From NCBI GenBank assembly GCA_947623555.1, contig CANQGW010000005.1, forward strand, positions 1-59,928: a stretch of DNA of 59,928 nucleotides. The letters are read 5' to 3'. How positions within the stretch are numbered: position 1 is the first letter of the stretch; each line of letters opens with the position of its first letter. Positions 40,601 through 50,054 of this stretch are shown piece after piece. Source of the stretch: an uncultured Clostridia bacterium (GTDB lineage Bacteria; Bacillota; Clostridia; TANB77; CAG-508). The notes beneath the pieces are model-generated. The model did not search any database, was not told the origin of the DNA, and was given only the letters and a program-made list of their open reading frames with translations. The position numbers and the translations under genes were made by a program.

Positions 40601-42737
40601 TAGCCTAGTAGAATATAAGTATCAAGAATTTTCTACTTCTATAGAAGAAAGCGAAACAATAGATATCGGTACATTATTTAAAGGGGAAACCATAGAAAAG
40701 TATTTTTACATCGAAGTAGAACCAGCAGTGGAATCATTAGCAGAATCAATTAACATTAATGCAAGTATTACAGCAAAAGAGCTAGAAAATAAAATACCTG
40801 TAGAATATACATTACAAAATGTGCAAGAAGGAAAATTACGTATTAGAACTATGGTGTTAACTAAAAACGGTAGTGAAGAGGGAGTATATTTATTAGGTCA
40901 AGAATTACAATTCTATATAGTGGTTAAAAACCTAGAATGGGATAGTACAGCGCAAAACGTAAAAGTAAATATACCAATGCCAGATATGTTTACTTATATA
41001 AGCGGAAAAGTAAAAGAAGATGTTATAGATGAAGGAACTTCAGATGGTATTACATATAATCAAAATAACCATAGTATTTCTGTAGATTTAGGAGCATTAA
41101 AAAATACAAAATATATTTATATAAATACTGGTGTAGCAAAACCAGGAAATGTATTTATTACAACAACTGCTACTGCAGAAGGTGTAGATACACATTATTC
41201 TAATGAATTTGAAGTATTAGTAGAACAGCCTCAAATTGAGCTTTCTAATTTAATTACTAATTCTAAATATATAAAAGAAGGCGAAATAGTTACACATGAA
41301 ATAGAAGTACGAAATGTAGGTAGAACAGATGTCCAAAACGTAAAAGTTGGTATTAACCTTCCAGAAGAATTTAATCTTGAAGACATATCTTATACTACAA
41401 ACAATGGTGAAATAATTACTTATACTAAAGGAGAGTTACAAGATGAAAATAAACTTGAAATAGAATTAGGAAATATAAATGTGGGAATAACAAGTTATAT
41501 TACTATTAGGTCTGAAGTTGGAACTATTTCAGAAGGTAATGAAAAAGAGGTAACAACTTATGTAACTGTTAATGTTACTGGTATTGATGAGCAAACAAGT
41601 AACAAAGTAACAAATGTTATAGAGTACAGTCAAGAAGTTCATGATAGAACAGAAGGAAATGAAAACTTGGGAGGAAGTGAAGGTTCTGGAGGAAGCACTA
41701 CTTCAAGAAATATAATATCAGGAACAGCATGGCTAGATGAAAACAAAAATGGTGCAAGAGAAGAGGAAGAACAATTACTTTCAAATGTACAAGTTGCATT
41801 ATTAAATAGTGCAGATAATTCTATTATAAAGGATAGTGACACAGGCGAAGACAAAGTAGTGCTAACTGATGAAAATGGTAAATATGCAATTACAAATGTG
41901 CAAAATGGAAGTTACATAGTAGTATTTGTATACGATTCATCAAACTACGGAGTAACAACTTACCAAGCCAAAGATATAGAAACAGGAGTAAATTCAGATG
42001 CAATAGAAATGAATATAACATTAAATGGAGAAAAAAGGTTAGCAGGAATAACAAACGTAATAAATGTAAATGGAAATAATGTAAGAGATATAGACATAGG
42101 CCTATATAAATTACAAAGATTTGATTTAAGGTTAGAAAAATATGTAAGCAAAATAACCCTAACAACACCAACAATAGGAACGAAGTTATATACAAACAAA
42201 GATAGTAAAATAGAGAAAGTAGAAATATTAAGTCAAAATGTAGGAAAAGCAAGTATGGTAATAGAGTACAAGCTAGTAGTAACCAATGAAGGAGCAGTAG
42301 CAGGATATGCTAAAAAGCTAGTAGACTACTTGCCAAGTTCAGTAAGCTTTAGTACAGACTTAAATAAAGACTGGTACTTATCAGAAAATGGAAATGTATA
42401 TAATGCAAGTTTAGCAAACACATTAATACAACCAGGGGAAAGTAAAGAAGTAACATTAGTATTAAGTAAAAAGATAACAGAAGAAGACATGGGAAATGTA
42501 CTAAACAATAATGCAGAGATATATGAAGCAGATAATGAGCAAGGCTTAAACGATATAGATTCGGTAGCAGGAAACAACGAATCAGAAGAAGATGATATAT
42601 CAAAAGCAGACATAGTAATATCAACAGTAACAGGAACAATAATAAAATACACAGGGTTAGGAATAGGAATAATAGCAATATTAGTAATAGGAATATATGA
42701 AATAAAAAAACATGTAATAAAAATAGAAAGGAGGTAA
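37683..42737 (+). CDS. giant cell-surface protein with DUF11/CARDB-like and SdrD B-like domains
   Basis: 1684 aa, signal peptide. Repeated beta-sandwich signatures (VKVSNTGGMDATDVKVTV, EVRNVGRTDVQNVKVGI). SdrD-B-like segment ISGTAWLDENKNG...TDENGKY. C-terminal hydrophobic helix plus a basic tail. Confidence 0.85.
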   Translation: MKTKQRIIALFTTILLVCTNFAGIAGSVIAVEMPEQNNKTNHANVTFDSYLEGNTHSKTYKVADQAKMYLKVAVKNAGYLKNGTVNISNTANYEIDTSNLKNDMIQSATEGQVKLKQIGSGSEIEIALPIKIKESNQVDKDFIEKISAVTFNGTYIDANGKEVAITKTINNQIIWEEQTSLELSSKVTKYIPFNEGENYGVLVQTTVSSKIKDHNLPVSKTEIQMQVPEMEGTLPEEVTVVANQTTNTNNDQTGTEFSKENYEYNKEAKTVSIKVENKENAEGKIANNKEGTDEYLVNFIYKGKELYDSMKEKTFEAESNIQAKVILKNTNETAVEGTNKVTYKEKEEKGLLTDLEVSATNSVNKGNIYANYEKVAQNKQANLETEYETKYAVKVNNKELNNKIEFLTGTESYKNAKEEETQVGTGSYIKEIVVPQNIFTKILGQEGSITINRADGSTIATIDEKSVTKENKEENNKETEEENKEEETQTNPDLTIENGNYVLNIAERRVQEVQIKTSSPVEEGTLSITLKRALSHNKSITLNEMKTFKTLNVTVENAMNNNVKQKVEQAINLKEVTTKAQLSIEAGKENLSTAVVNENVEIRATLDISSTENALYKNPTLKIKMPSQISKVDINKSSLLMDGGLKIKEIKQEKENESIVIKVELTGSQTDYVENADYKGAILLLDTNLTVDTLATSGSKEIKMTYTNENSVSENKEGTAEAKVNIVAPVGIVSANGISNYSKNEKNIMTISANEVEANLQTYSEKQIATVSGKIINNYGNKITNVQVLGRIPSKENTNTQTGESLGSTFDSKLNSPVKLTGIDSKNYKVYYSDKANATRELNNSENGWKEQATTGSKSYLIVTNNYEMEQGEKIDFEYNIEIPANLSYNNQASEMYQVYYENVSKVGTIAETKTSPIITTSTGEGPELKGEISQTIDTVREGQIVKMKVKVSNTGGMDATDVKVTVKKPTGASLVEYKYQEFSTSIEESETIDIGTLFKGETIEKYFYIEVEPAVESLAESININASITAKELENKIPVEYTLQNVQEGKLRIRTMVLTKNGSEEGVYLLGQELQFYIVVKNLEWDSTAQNVKVNIPMPDMFTYISGKVKEDVIDEGTSDGITYNQNNHSISVDLGALKNTKYIYINTGVAKPGNVFITTTATAEGVDTHYSNEFEVLVEQPQIELSNLITNSKYIKEGEIVTHEIEVRNVGRTDVQNVKVGINLPEEFNLEDISYTTNNGEIITYTKGELQDENKLEIELGNINVGITSYITIRSEVGTISEGNEKEVTTYVTVNVTGIDEQTSNKVTNVIEYSQEVHDRTEGNENLGGSEGSGGSTTSRNIISGTAWLDENKNGAREEEEQLLSNVQVALLNSADNSIIKDSDTGEDKVVLTDENGKYAITNVQNGSYIVVFVYDSSNYGVTTYQAKDIETGVNSDAIEMNITLNGEKRLAGITNVINVNGNNVRDIDIGLYKLQRFDLRLEKYVSKITLTTPTIGTKLYTNKDSKIEKVEILSQNVGKASMVIEYKLVVTNEGAVAGYAKKLVDYLPSSVSFSTDLNKDWYLSENGNVYNASLANTLIQPGESKEVTLVLSKKITEEDMGNVLNNNAEIYEADNEQGLNDIDSVAGNNESEEDDISKADIVISTVTGTIIKYTGLGIGIIAILVIGIYEIKKHVIKIERR

Positions 42738-42742
42738 CACAG

Positions 42743-45700
42743 ATGAAAAAGAAAATAATAATATGGGTAGCAATAGTAATGTTACTAATAGCAGGAATAA
42801 TAGGTATAATAGCATATAAATCAAATAACTTATTAGCAGCAGAACCAGCAACTATTAGTAAAAGTACTACTGTTACTAAAAGTGGGAGTGCATCAACTGC
42901 AGTAAGTACCAGATCATATGGTACACTTCTTGATACAAGTTTTTTTGAGATAACAGGTGTAGGATGGGATGGAATCCCTACATACACGGATGAGGAAACG
43001 GGGATTACCTACACGCTTCACTGCTATCAACATGGAATAAGATTACGTTGGAATAACTATAATACGATGGAATATTCGCATGATGAGATAGTACAAATGA
43101 GAGATAAAATCTTCGAGTTTACTTTACCTGATCAAAGACTTACGTATGATATTTGGAATAGGAATTGGCCCGTAGAAAACGGTGGCTACTGGTGTACGCC
43201 TTATTATGAGAAATCTGGTTCAGGCAGTTTAAGCGATTGTGAAGCATATATATATTCATCTGGTTCAAGTTATGCCGACAAGCAAAATGCTATTTGGAAT
43301 TTGCAAGAGCATTCGACTAGCACTCTTGTTACAGAGGGAAATAAGTATAGTGCTTATAAAAGCAAAGTAAGTAATAATGGTATGAACCCAAATGATGCTA
43401 CTGATGTAAAATCTGTGCAGGTTACTTTAAACAATACAAACACAACAACTTCAGAAGAAACTATAGGACCATTCAAAATTACATACAATGCTGGAAATAA
43501 TATGTTTTCAGGAATAACTAACATAGTGGCAATTGGGTATAACAAAAATGACCAAGTAGTAAAAAATAATATTAGAATTAAAGCTTTTTATTTACAAAGT
43601 GCGCCTAATGTTTATTCTAATAGAATACAACCAAGTTATTTCTCGCCAGATTCATATTTTGTAGATAAAAGTGGGGAGATAAGAAAGTACCCTTCATCTG
43701 GTCAAAACTTTAAAATTGTAATTGATAACCCAAATGTAGGTAAAAGTGAAACTGATCCAAACTGGATAACTACATATGGAATTAAAGTAACATTTAAATA
43801 TATGTTGGCAGATGGTTCTTACGTTTCTTATTCAGGACATCAAGAACGCCTTACACACACCAGATTGGAACAAAGATACAATCCACGTGGTGAAACTACA
43901 TATATAAAATGGCAACTTGTGAGTGAAATATATAATTGCCAAAATCAAGAATCAGTAACAGCAAAAAGAAGTCAATACATGCAAGAGATAACAATTAAAT
44001 TACCACAGCAAGAAACTACTACCGGTAACTTAACAGTACAAAAATTTGTAATAGGAGAGAATGTTGATACAAACAAGGCATTTAATTTTACAGTAACATT
44101 AAGTAATAAAAACATAACTGGAACATACGACGATATGACATTTAAAAATGGTGTAGCAACATTTACTTTAAAACATAAGCAAAAGAAAGTAGCAACTGGC
44201 TTACCAGCAGGAATAACATACACAGTAGTAGAGTCAGAAGCAAATAAAAATGGATATACAACAACATATTCTGGAACAACAGGAACCATAAAAGCAAAAA
44301 CAACTAGTGTGGCGGTAATTACAAATAAAAAGAACATCAAACATTATGGAACTTTATCAGTAAAAAAGGTTGTAACAGGAGAAGCAGGTGATAAAAATAA
44401 AAACTTTAATTTTACAGTAACATTAAGTGATAAAACCATAACTGGAACATACGGAGAAATGAAGTTTACAAATGGTGTAGCAACATTTACATTAAAACAT
44501 GGACAGTCAAAAACAGCAGAAAAACTACCAGAAAAAATAACATACACAGTAGTAGAGAAAGAAGCAAATAAAGATGGATATACAACAACATATTCTGGAA
44601 CAACAGGAACAATATCTGAACAAAAAACTAGTGTAGCAACAGTTACTAACTATAAAGACGTTGACAAAGGTAACTTAACAGTAAAAAAGGTTGTAACAGG
44701 AGAAGCAGGAGAAAAAAATAAAGAATTTAATTTTACAGTAACATTAAGTAATAAAAACATAAATGGAACATACGGAGAAATGACGTTTAAAAATGGTGTA
44801 GCAACATTTGCCTTAAAACATGGACAGTCAAAAACAGCAGAAAAACTACCAGTAGGAATAACATACACAGTAAAAGAAAAAGAGGCAAATAAGGATGGAT
44901 ATAAAACAACATATTCTGGAGAAACAGGAACCATATCAAAACAAAAGACAAGTGTAGCAACAGTTACTAACGATAACGGAGGCGGTGACAAAGGTAACCT
45001 AACAGTACAAAAAGTTGTAACTGGAGAAGCAGGTGATAAAAATAAAAACTTTAATTTTACAGTAACATTAAGTGATAATAAAATAAATGGAAAATATGGA
45101 GACATGACCTTTGTAAATGGTGTAGCAAAATTTCCATTAAAACATGGACAGTCAAAAACAGCAACTGAATTACCAGTAGGAATAACATACAAAGTAGTAG
45201 AAGCAGAGGCAAATAAAGATGGATATAAAACAACATATACTGGAACAACAGGAACAATATCAAAACAAAAAACAAGTGTAGCGGCATTTACTAACGATAA
45301 AACTACTGGCAATGGTAACCTAACAGTACAAAAGGTTGTAATAGGGGATAAAATTGACACAAACAAGGCATTTAATTTTACAGTAACATTAAGTGATAAA
45401 AACATAAATGGAAAGTATGGAGAAATGACCTTTGAAAATGGTGTAGCAAAATTTAGCTTAAAACATGGACAGTCAAAAACAGCAGAAAGACTACCAGCAG
45501 GAATAACATACACAGTAGTAGAAGCAGAAGCAAATACAAATGGATATAAAACAACATATACTGGAGAAACAGGAACCATAAAAGCAAAAACAACTAGTGT
45601 TGCGGTAGTTACAAATAAAAAAGACGACATCAAACATTATGGAGATTTATCAGTACAAAAGGTTGTAACAGGAGAATTAGGAGAAAAAAATAAAAGCTTT

Positions 45701-48700
45701 AACTTTACAGTAACATTAAGTGATAAAAGCATAAATGGAAAGTATGGGGATATGACCTTTAAAAATGGTGTAGCAACATTTACCTTAAAACATAAAGAAT
45801 CGAAAACAGCAGAAAAGCTACCAGAAGGATTAGAGTATACAGTAATAGAAAAAGAGGCAGGACAAGAAGGTTATGAAACAAGTTATACAGGAACAACAGG
45901 AACCATAACGAAAAGCTCTGCATCTGTAGCTACATTTACTAACCATAAAGAAATTAAAACTTATATGGAATTAGGTGGATATGTATGGTTGGACTCTGAA
46001 CAAGGCAAAACCGATCAAAATGATGGTATAAAAGGTAGCGGAGAGAAGGTATTTAAAAATATTAAAGTATCATTATATGATGCTTCAACAAATAAACTAG
46101 CAACATTAGTGCCAGATAAAGTACAGCCATCAGATGATAATATATTCCATAAAGTTAACCCAACATTAACAGATGAAAATGGTTACTATGAATTTTCAGG
46201 ATTAAACCCATTAAAAAGGTATTATGTAGTATTTGAATATAATGGACAAAAATATTTACCTACAGATTATTTAACATATAATGGAACAAAATATTCAAGT
46301 ATACAAGATATGGTAAATAGAGGTTTATATTGGAAGGATGGAGATAGTACAGCACAGTGGAAAGGTACTTCAAAAGCTGGAGAAAATGGGTCTGACAGAA
46401 ATAACTTAAATAATAAATTTTCAGAAATAGGATCATCACCAAAAGGCTATCAAGTTACAAGCTTTGTATCAAGTTCTACAGCATTAAAAAATGCTTTAGC
46501 AAAAGATGGTGGCAAATACTATAACACAGCATATTCAGAAAATGAGCTTATGGGCTTTGTAATGGGAGAAGATGGTGACTATACACAAGGAACAAGGCTA
46601 CTAGATGGATTTAAAGCAATAGATAATGATGGAAATATAGTATCATCAGACACGATTCAAGAAGGCGAAATTAGTAAAGCAATAAGAAATTATGTTAAAA
46701 CTAATAAAAAATATCCAGATAATACAGCTATGGAACAAATATATGCAAAGATAGCAGGAAACAATGTAGAAACTTGGAGAAAGTTACAATATATATATGA
46801 TACAACAATAAAATCATACACAGGAAAGCCAGCCACAACAGTAGCAAAGGAGACCTACCCAGTATATACTAATAAGTTTACAATAAGTAATCAAAAAGAA
46901 ACAGTAACAAATGGAATTATATGTACTAATTGTAATGGAACCGGAAAAGTTAATTGCCCAGGTAACATTACAAAATCTCCATCGTACTATTTGGATAGTT
47001 ATTATTGTCCTCGATGTCAAAAGACATGGAACGGTCCAGGCAATAAGCAGAAGGCTGCAGCTAGGACTTGGTACTGCACGTTATGTCATTTTACAAATGT
47101 GTGTAAAACCTGCCCTAAAGGACATGCTTGGTATAGCCAAGGATCTGATAATGAGCACACTATCCAAAAACCAAAGATTGATTGTCCAACATGTAAAGGA
47201 ACAGGGTATACAGGCTATGCAACTGAAACATATGAACCAATATACCCAGGACAATACTTTATCAACCTAGGTTTATATGAAAGACCAAAAGCAGATGTAT
47301 CAGTTAATAAAGATATATACCGTGTAGCAACAAGAATAAATGGAAAAACAGAGGTATATAACTACGGAAGAAGCAAAGATGATGTTTGGGATCTTCAAGT
47401 AAGAATGAGAGATTATGATAATTACTATGGAGATTACTACAATAGAGATTTATATCAATCAGATATTGACTATAATGCGGCAAGAACGAACAAATCTGGC
47501 AAAAATTTAGAAGTATATGTAACATATAAAATTTCAGTATCAAATAATTCAATAGGAAGAAATGGTGAAGGACTTCTAGTAGAAATACCAGAGATAGTAG
47601 ATTACTATGATAAAGACTTTACATATATGCCAAACTTATCATGGGCAGTAGGAACACCAACTAATGCATCGTACTACAATACAATGAGTAACTTAAAACT
47701 AAATATTTCAGGTGCAAAAGCTGTAAATACTTATAATACTTCTAAATATGGTGCTATTACACATTCAGATTTAACACAAACATACAATGCTGTATACATT
47801 CGTGGATTAGCAGGACAAAAGTTAAAAACAGGAGAAAAAGTATATATATTCTTAACATTTAAAGTAAATACAGATAGTAATGGAAAAGTTATATTAGATA
47901 ATGATGTTAATAGCTTAAAGCAAAATTATGTTGAGATTAATGGATACAAAGCATATTATGCTTCAGGAACTAAATTACCAAATGGTGTAACAATAAATAA
48001 TACTACTACACCAGCAGGATTAGTAGACCAAGACTCAACACCAGGTAACCTAGCAAAACAAGATTTAACAGGAAACAGATATGAGAAGAACTTCGAAGAT
48101 GATACAGATAGAGCAAAAGGCTTAAGAATACAAGTAACAACAGAAGGCGAAAGAGAGATAAATGGTGTCGTATGGGAAGATCAAAGAACAAAAACAATAA
48201 GTAATGCAATAATAGGTGATGGTATAAGACAAAGTGGAGAAATTGGAATACAAGGTGTAAGTGTAGAACTAGTAGAAAAAATGGCTAATGGAAATGAATA
48301 TGTATGGCAAACAGTAACAACAAGAGAAGGCGGATCGTATGCACTTACCGACTTTATACCAGGAGACTATATAGTAAGGTTTAAGTACGGAGATAAGGTA
48401 GATACAGTACAGACATCAACAAATGGAGGAAGCAATAGTGTATCATATAACGGACAAGACTTTAAATCAACAGTATATAATAAAAACTTAAATACAAATG
48501 CTACTTTATCTAACAAACAAGTAAATGGTCAAGAAGCATATAATATTAAAGACGCAGATAATTTAACAAAGAGCGGAATAAATATGTCAGATGCAAAAGA
48601 TTTATGGAAGAGAAGAGAAGAGGTAAATAACTATAGTACAACAAATGTTACAAACCATAAAGCAGAAGTACTAGCATCACCATATAATAATGCTACAAAT

Positions 48701-49789
48701 AACAGCTTGATACAAGAATTAATAACAAATACAAACATGGTAGCAGAAACACCATTAATAGTAGCAGAAGTAGAATATAACCAAACAGAAACAAATGGAA
48801 ATAACCAAGGAAGATACGTTTTCGAATCTTTAGACTTTGGCTTAACAGAAAGACCAAAAGCACAATTAGAATTAAGCAAAAAAGTAACAAATGTAAAAGT
48901 AGTATTAGCAAATGGAAATACCCTATTTGATAGTGGAAAGTCAGTAGACAATTTAGCATGGCTAGAAGGAAAAGCATATAATCTAAATTCAAAGAAGAGT
49001 AACAATAAATATGACGAATACTATAATGAAAGTAAAACAGATAAAACATATAACCGTTACTCATATAGAACAAAAATAGATGATCTAGTAAATGGATTAT
49101 ATGACTCATATCCAAAAGGATCAAACGGATTAATACAAGCAACAATGGATAACGAGTTAATGCATGGAGCAACTATAACAATAAGTTATGGAATAACCAT
49201 AACAAACGTAGGGGAAACCGACTACACAGGACAAGACTTCTATTACAAGGGCGAAGGAGCTTCAGAAAGTAACAAAGTAACTACATCAGCTGATGCTGTA
49301 TTAGATTATGTAGCAAATAACCTACAATATAGGCAAGCAGACAACGAAGGCTGGGAAACAATAAAAGCTGACAAGTTAATAAGTGATAAATTAGTTAATG
49401 ACAGTTTAAAAGACGAACTAAAAACTGTTAACACAATTGTAAAGACAGAAGCATTAAAGAAAAACTTAAAACCAGGAGAAAGTTCACAAAGTACATTAAA
49501 TTTATCACAAACTATGACAGTAGAAAACACAACTGATGACAGAACATACGAAAATATAGCCGAAATAGTACAAACAAGTAATACAGTAGGAAGAAGAATG
49601 GCATATTCAATAGTAGGAAATCAAGACCCAACAAAAGCACCAGCAGAAGTAGATAGTGCAACAGGAGAGCAAGTAATAGTATTACCACCATTTGGAGCTA
49701 TGCAATATGTATACTATGGAATAGGAGTACTAGTAGTAGGAATGTTAATTGCCGGAATTATTTTCATAAAGAAAAAGGTAATTAAATAG
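42743..49789 (+). CDS. giant cell-surface adhesin with CnaB-type repeats, SdrD B-like domains and a Cys-rich insert
   Basis: 2348 aa, starts 5 nt after the previous stop. N-terminal anchor/signal. Possible thioester-domain motifs. Six ~108-aa tandem repeats. Two SdrD-B-like segments (YVWLDSEQ...TDENGYY; VVWEDQR...). C-terminal VLPPFG, a hydrophobic helix, then KKKVIK. Confidence 0.85.
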   Translation: MKKKIIIWVAIVMLLIAGIIGIIAYKSNNLLAAEPATISKSTTVTKSGSASTAVSTRSYGTLLDTSFFEITGVGWDGIPTYTDEETGITYTLHCYQHGIRLRWNNYNTMEYSHDEIVQMRDKIFEFTLPDQRLTYDIWNRNWPVENGGYWCTPYYEKSGSGSLSDCEAYIYSSGSSYADKQNAIWNLQEHSTSTLVTEGNKYSAYKSKVSNNGMNPNDATDVKSVQVTLNNTNTTTSEETIGPFKITYNAGNNMFSGITNIVAIGYNKNDQVVKNNIRIKAFYLQSAPNVYSNRIQPSYFSPDSYFVDKSGEIRKYPSSGQNFKIVIDNPNVGKSETDPNWITTYGIKVTFKYMLADGSYVSYSGHQERLTHTRLEQRYNPRGETTYIKWQLVSEIYNCQNQESVTAKRSQYMQEITIKLPQQETTTGNLTVQKFVIGENVDTNKAFNFTVTLSNKNITGTYDDMTFKNGVATFTLKHKQKKVATGLPAGITYTVVESEANKNGYTTTYSGTTGTIKAKTTSVAVITNKKNIKHYGTLSVKKVVTGEAGDKNKNFNFTVTLSDKTITGTYGEMKFTNGVATFTLKHGQSKTAEKLPEKITYTVVEKEANKDGYTTTYSGTTGTISEQKTSVATVTNYKDVDKGNLTVKKVVTGEAGEKNKEFNFTVTLSNKNINGTYGEMTFKNGVATFALKHGQSKTAEKLPVGITYTVKEKEANKDGYKTTYSGETGTISKQKTSVATVTNDNGGGDKGNLTVQKVVTGEAGDKNKNFNFTVTLSDNKINGKYGDMTFVNGVAKFPLKHGQSKTATELPVGITYKVVEAEANKDGYKTTYTGTTGTISKQKTSVAAFTNDKTTGNGNLTVQKVVIGDKIDTNKAFNFTVTLSDKNINGKYGEMTFENGVAKFSLKHGQSKTAERLPAGITYTVVEAEANTNGYKTTYTGETGTIKAKTTSVAVVTNKKDDIKHYGDLSVQKVVTGELGEKNKSFNFTVTLSDKSINGKYGDMTFKNGVATFTLKHKESKTAEKLPEGLEYTVIEKEAGQEGYETSYTGTTGTITKSSASVATFTNHKEIKTYMELGGYVWLDSEQGKTDQNDGIKGSGEKVFKNIKVSLYDASTNKLATLVPDKVQPSDDNIFHKVNPTLTDENGYYEFSGLNPLKRYYVVFEYNGQKYLPTDYLTYNGTKYSSIQDMVNRGLYWKDGDSTAQWKGTSKAGENGSDRNNLNNKFSEIGSSPKGYQVTSFVSSSTALKNALAKDGGKYYNTAYSENELMGFVMGEDGDYTQGTRLLDGFKAIDNDGNIVSSDTIQEGEISKAIRNYVKTNKKYPDNTAMEQIYAKIAGNNVETWRKLQYIYDTTIKSYTGKPATTVAKETYPVYTNKFTISNQKETVTNGIICTNCNGTGKVNCPGNITKSPSYYLDSYYCPRCQKTWNGPGNKQKAAARTWYCTLCHFTNVCKTCPKGHAWYSQGSDNEHTIQKPKIDCPTCKGTGYTGYATETYEPIYPGQYFINLGLYERPKADVSVNKDIYRVATRINGKTEVYNYGRSKDDVWDLQVRMRDYDNYYGDYYNRDLYQSDIDYNAARTNKSGKNLEVYVTYKISVSNNSIGRNGEGLLVEIPEIVDYYDKDFTYMPNLSWAVGTPTNASYYNTMSNLKLNISGAKAVNTYNTSKYGAITHSDLTQTYNAVYIRGLAGQKLKTGEKVYIFLTFKVNTDSNGKVILDNDVNSLKQNYVEINGYKAYYASGTKLPNGVTINNTTTPAGLVDQDSTPGNLAKQDLTGNRYEKNFEDDTDRAKGLRIQVTTEGEREINGVVWEDQRTKTISNAIIGDGIRQSGEIGIQGVSVELVEKMANGNEYVWQTVTTREGGSYALTDFIPGDYIVRFKYGDKVDTVQTSTNGGSNSVSYNGQDFKSTVYNKNLNTNATLSNKQVNGQEAYNIKDADNLTKSGINMSDAKDLWKRREEVNNYSTTNVTNHKAEVLASPYNNATNNSLIQELITNTNMVAETPLIVAEVEYNQTETNGNNQGRYVFESLDFGLTERPKAQLELSKKVTNVKVVLANGNTLFDSGKSVDNLAWLEGKAYNLNSKKSNNKYDEYYNESKTDKTYNRYSYRTKIDDLVNGLYDSYPKGSNGLIQATMDNELMHGATITISYGITITNVGETDYTGQDFYYKGEGASESNKVTTSADAVLDYVANNLQYRQADNEGWETIKADKLISDKLVNDSLKDELKTVNTIVKTEALKKNLKPGESSQSTLNLSQTMTVENTTDDRTYENIAEIVQTSNTVGRRMAYSIVGNQDPTKAPAEVDSATGEQVIVLPPFGAMQYVYYGIGVLVVGMLIAGIIFIKKKVIK
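44024..45964 (+). repeat. six tandem ~324-nt coding repeats (CnaB/prealbumin-fold type domains)
   Basis: Each unit reads G(N/T/D)L(T/S)V(Q/K)K(V/F)V.G....KN..FNFTVTLS...I.G.YG.M.F.NGVA.F.LKH...K.A..LP.GI.Y.V.E.EA...GY.T.Y.G.TGTI.....SVA..TN. Confidence 0.9.
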
Positions 49790-49822
49790 TTAAAATTTTA
49801 ACTTAAATAATTCCATAAAGTA

Positions 49823-49865
49823 AAACCAGAGAAATATTAATAAATGTTTCTCTGGTTTCTTTTTG
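49823..49865 (+). terminator. rho-independent terminator after the adhesin operon
   Basis: Stem AAACCAGAGAAA/TTTCTCTGGTTT followed by a T run. Confidence 0.7.
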
Positions 49866-50054
49866 ATAAAATCTTGTATTTTAATGCATTTTGCGATAGA
49901 ATATAAAATATAAAAAGTTTTAAAAAGTAAATTAAACACAAAAGATGGCAAAAAAGGAAGAAAACTTTTTTAGTTTGCGTATATAAAATGACAAATATTT
50001 TAAATAACTTGTACTACAATAAATGCAAATTAAAAAAGTAGGGGTGATCTAATA

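Noticed and set aside
46911-47270. 119-aa alternative-frame ORF inside the 2348-aa gene
   Set aside because: It is an overlapping frame of the Cys-rich insert, where locally higher GC removes stop codons. The main frame is continuous and carries the CXXC motifs.
38758-49172. Many Leu/Phe-rich minus-strand ORFs, up to 327 aa (for example 44650-45633 and 42349-42987), inside the adhesin genes
   Set aside because: They are reverse-frame shadows of purine-rich, stop-poor repeat coding sequence. Their compositions are low-complexity and they mirror the plus-strand repeats.
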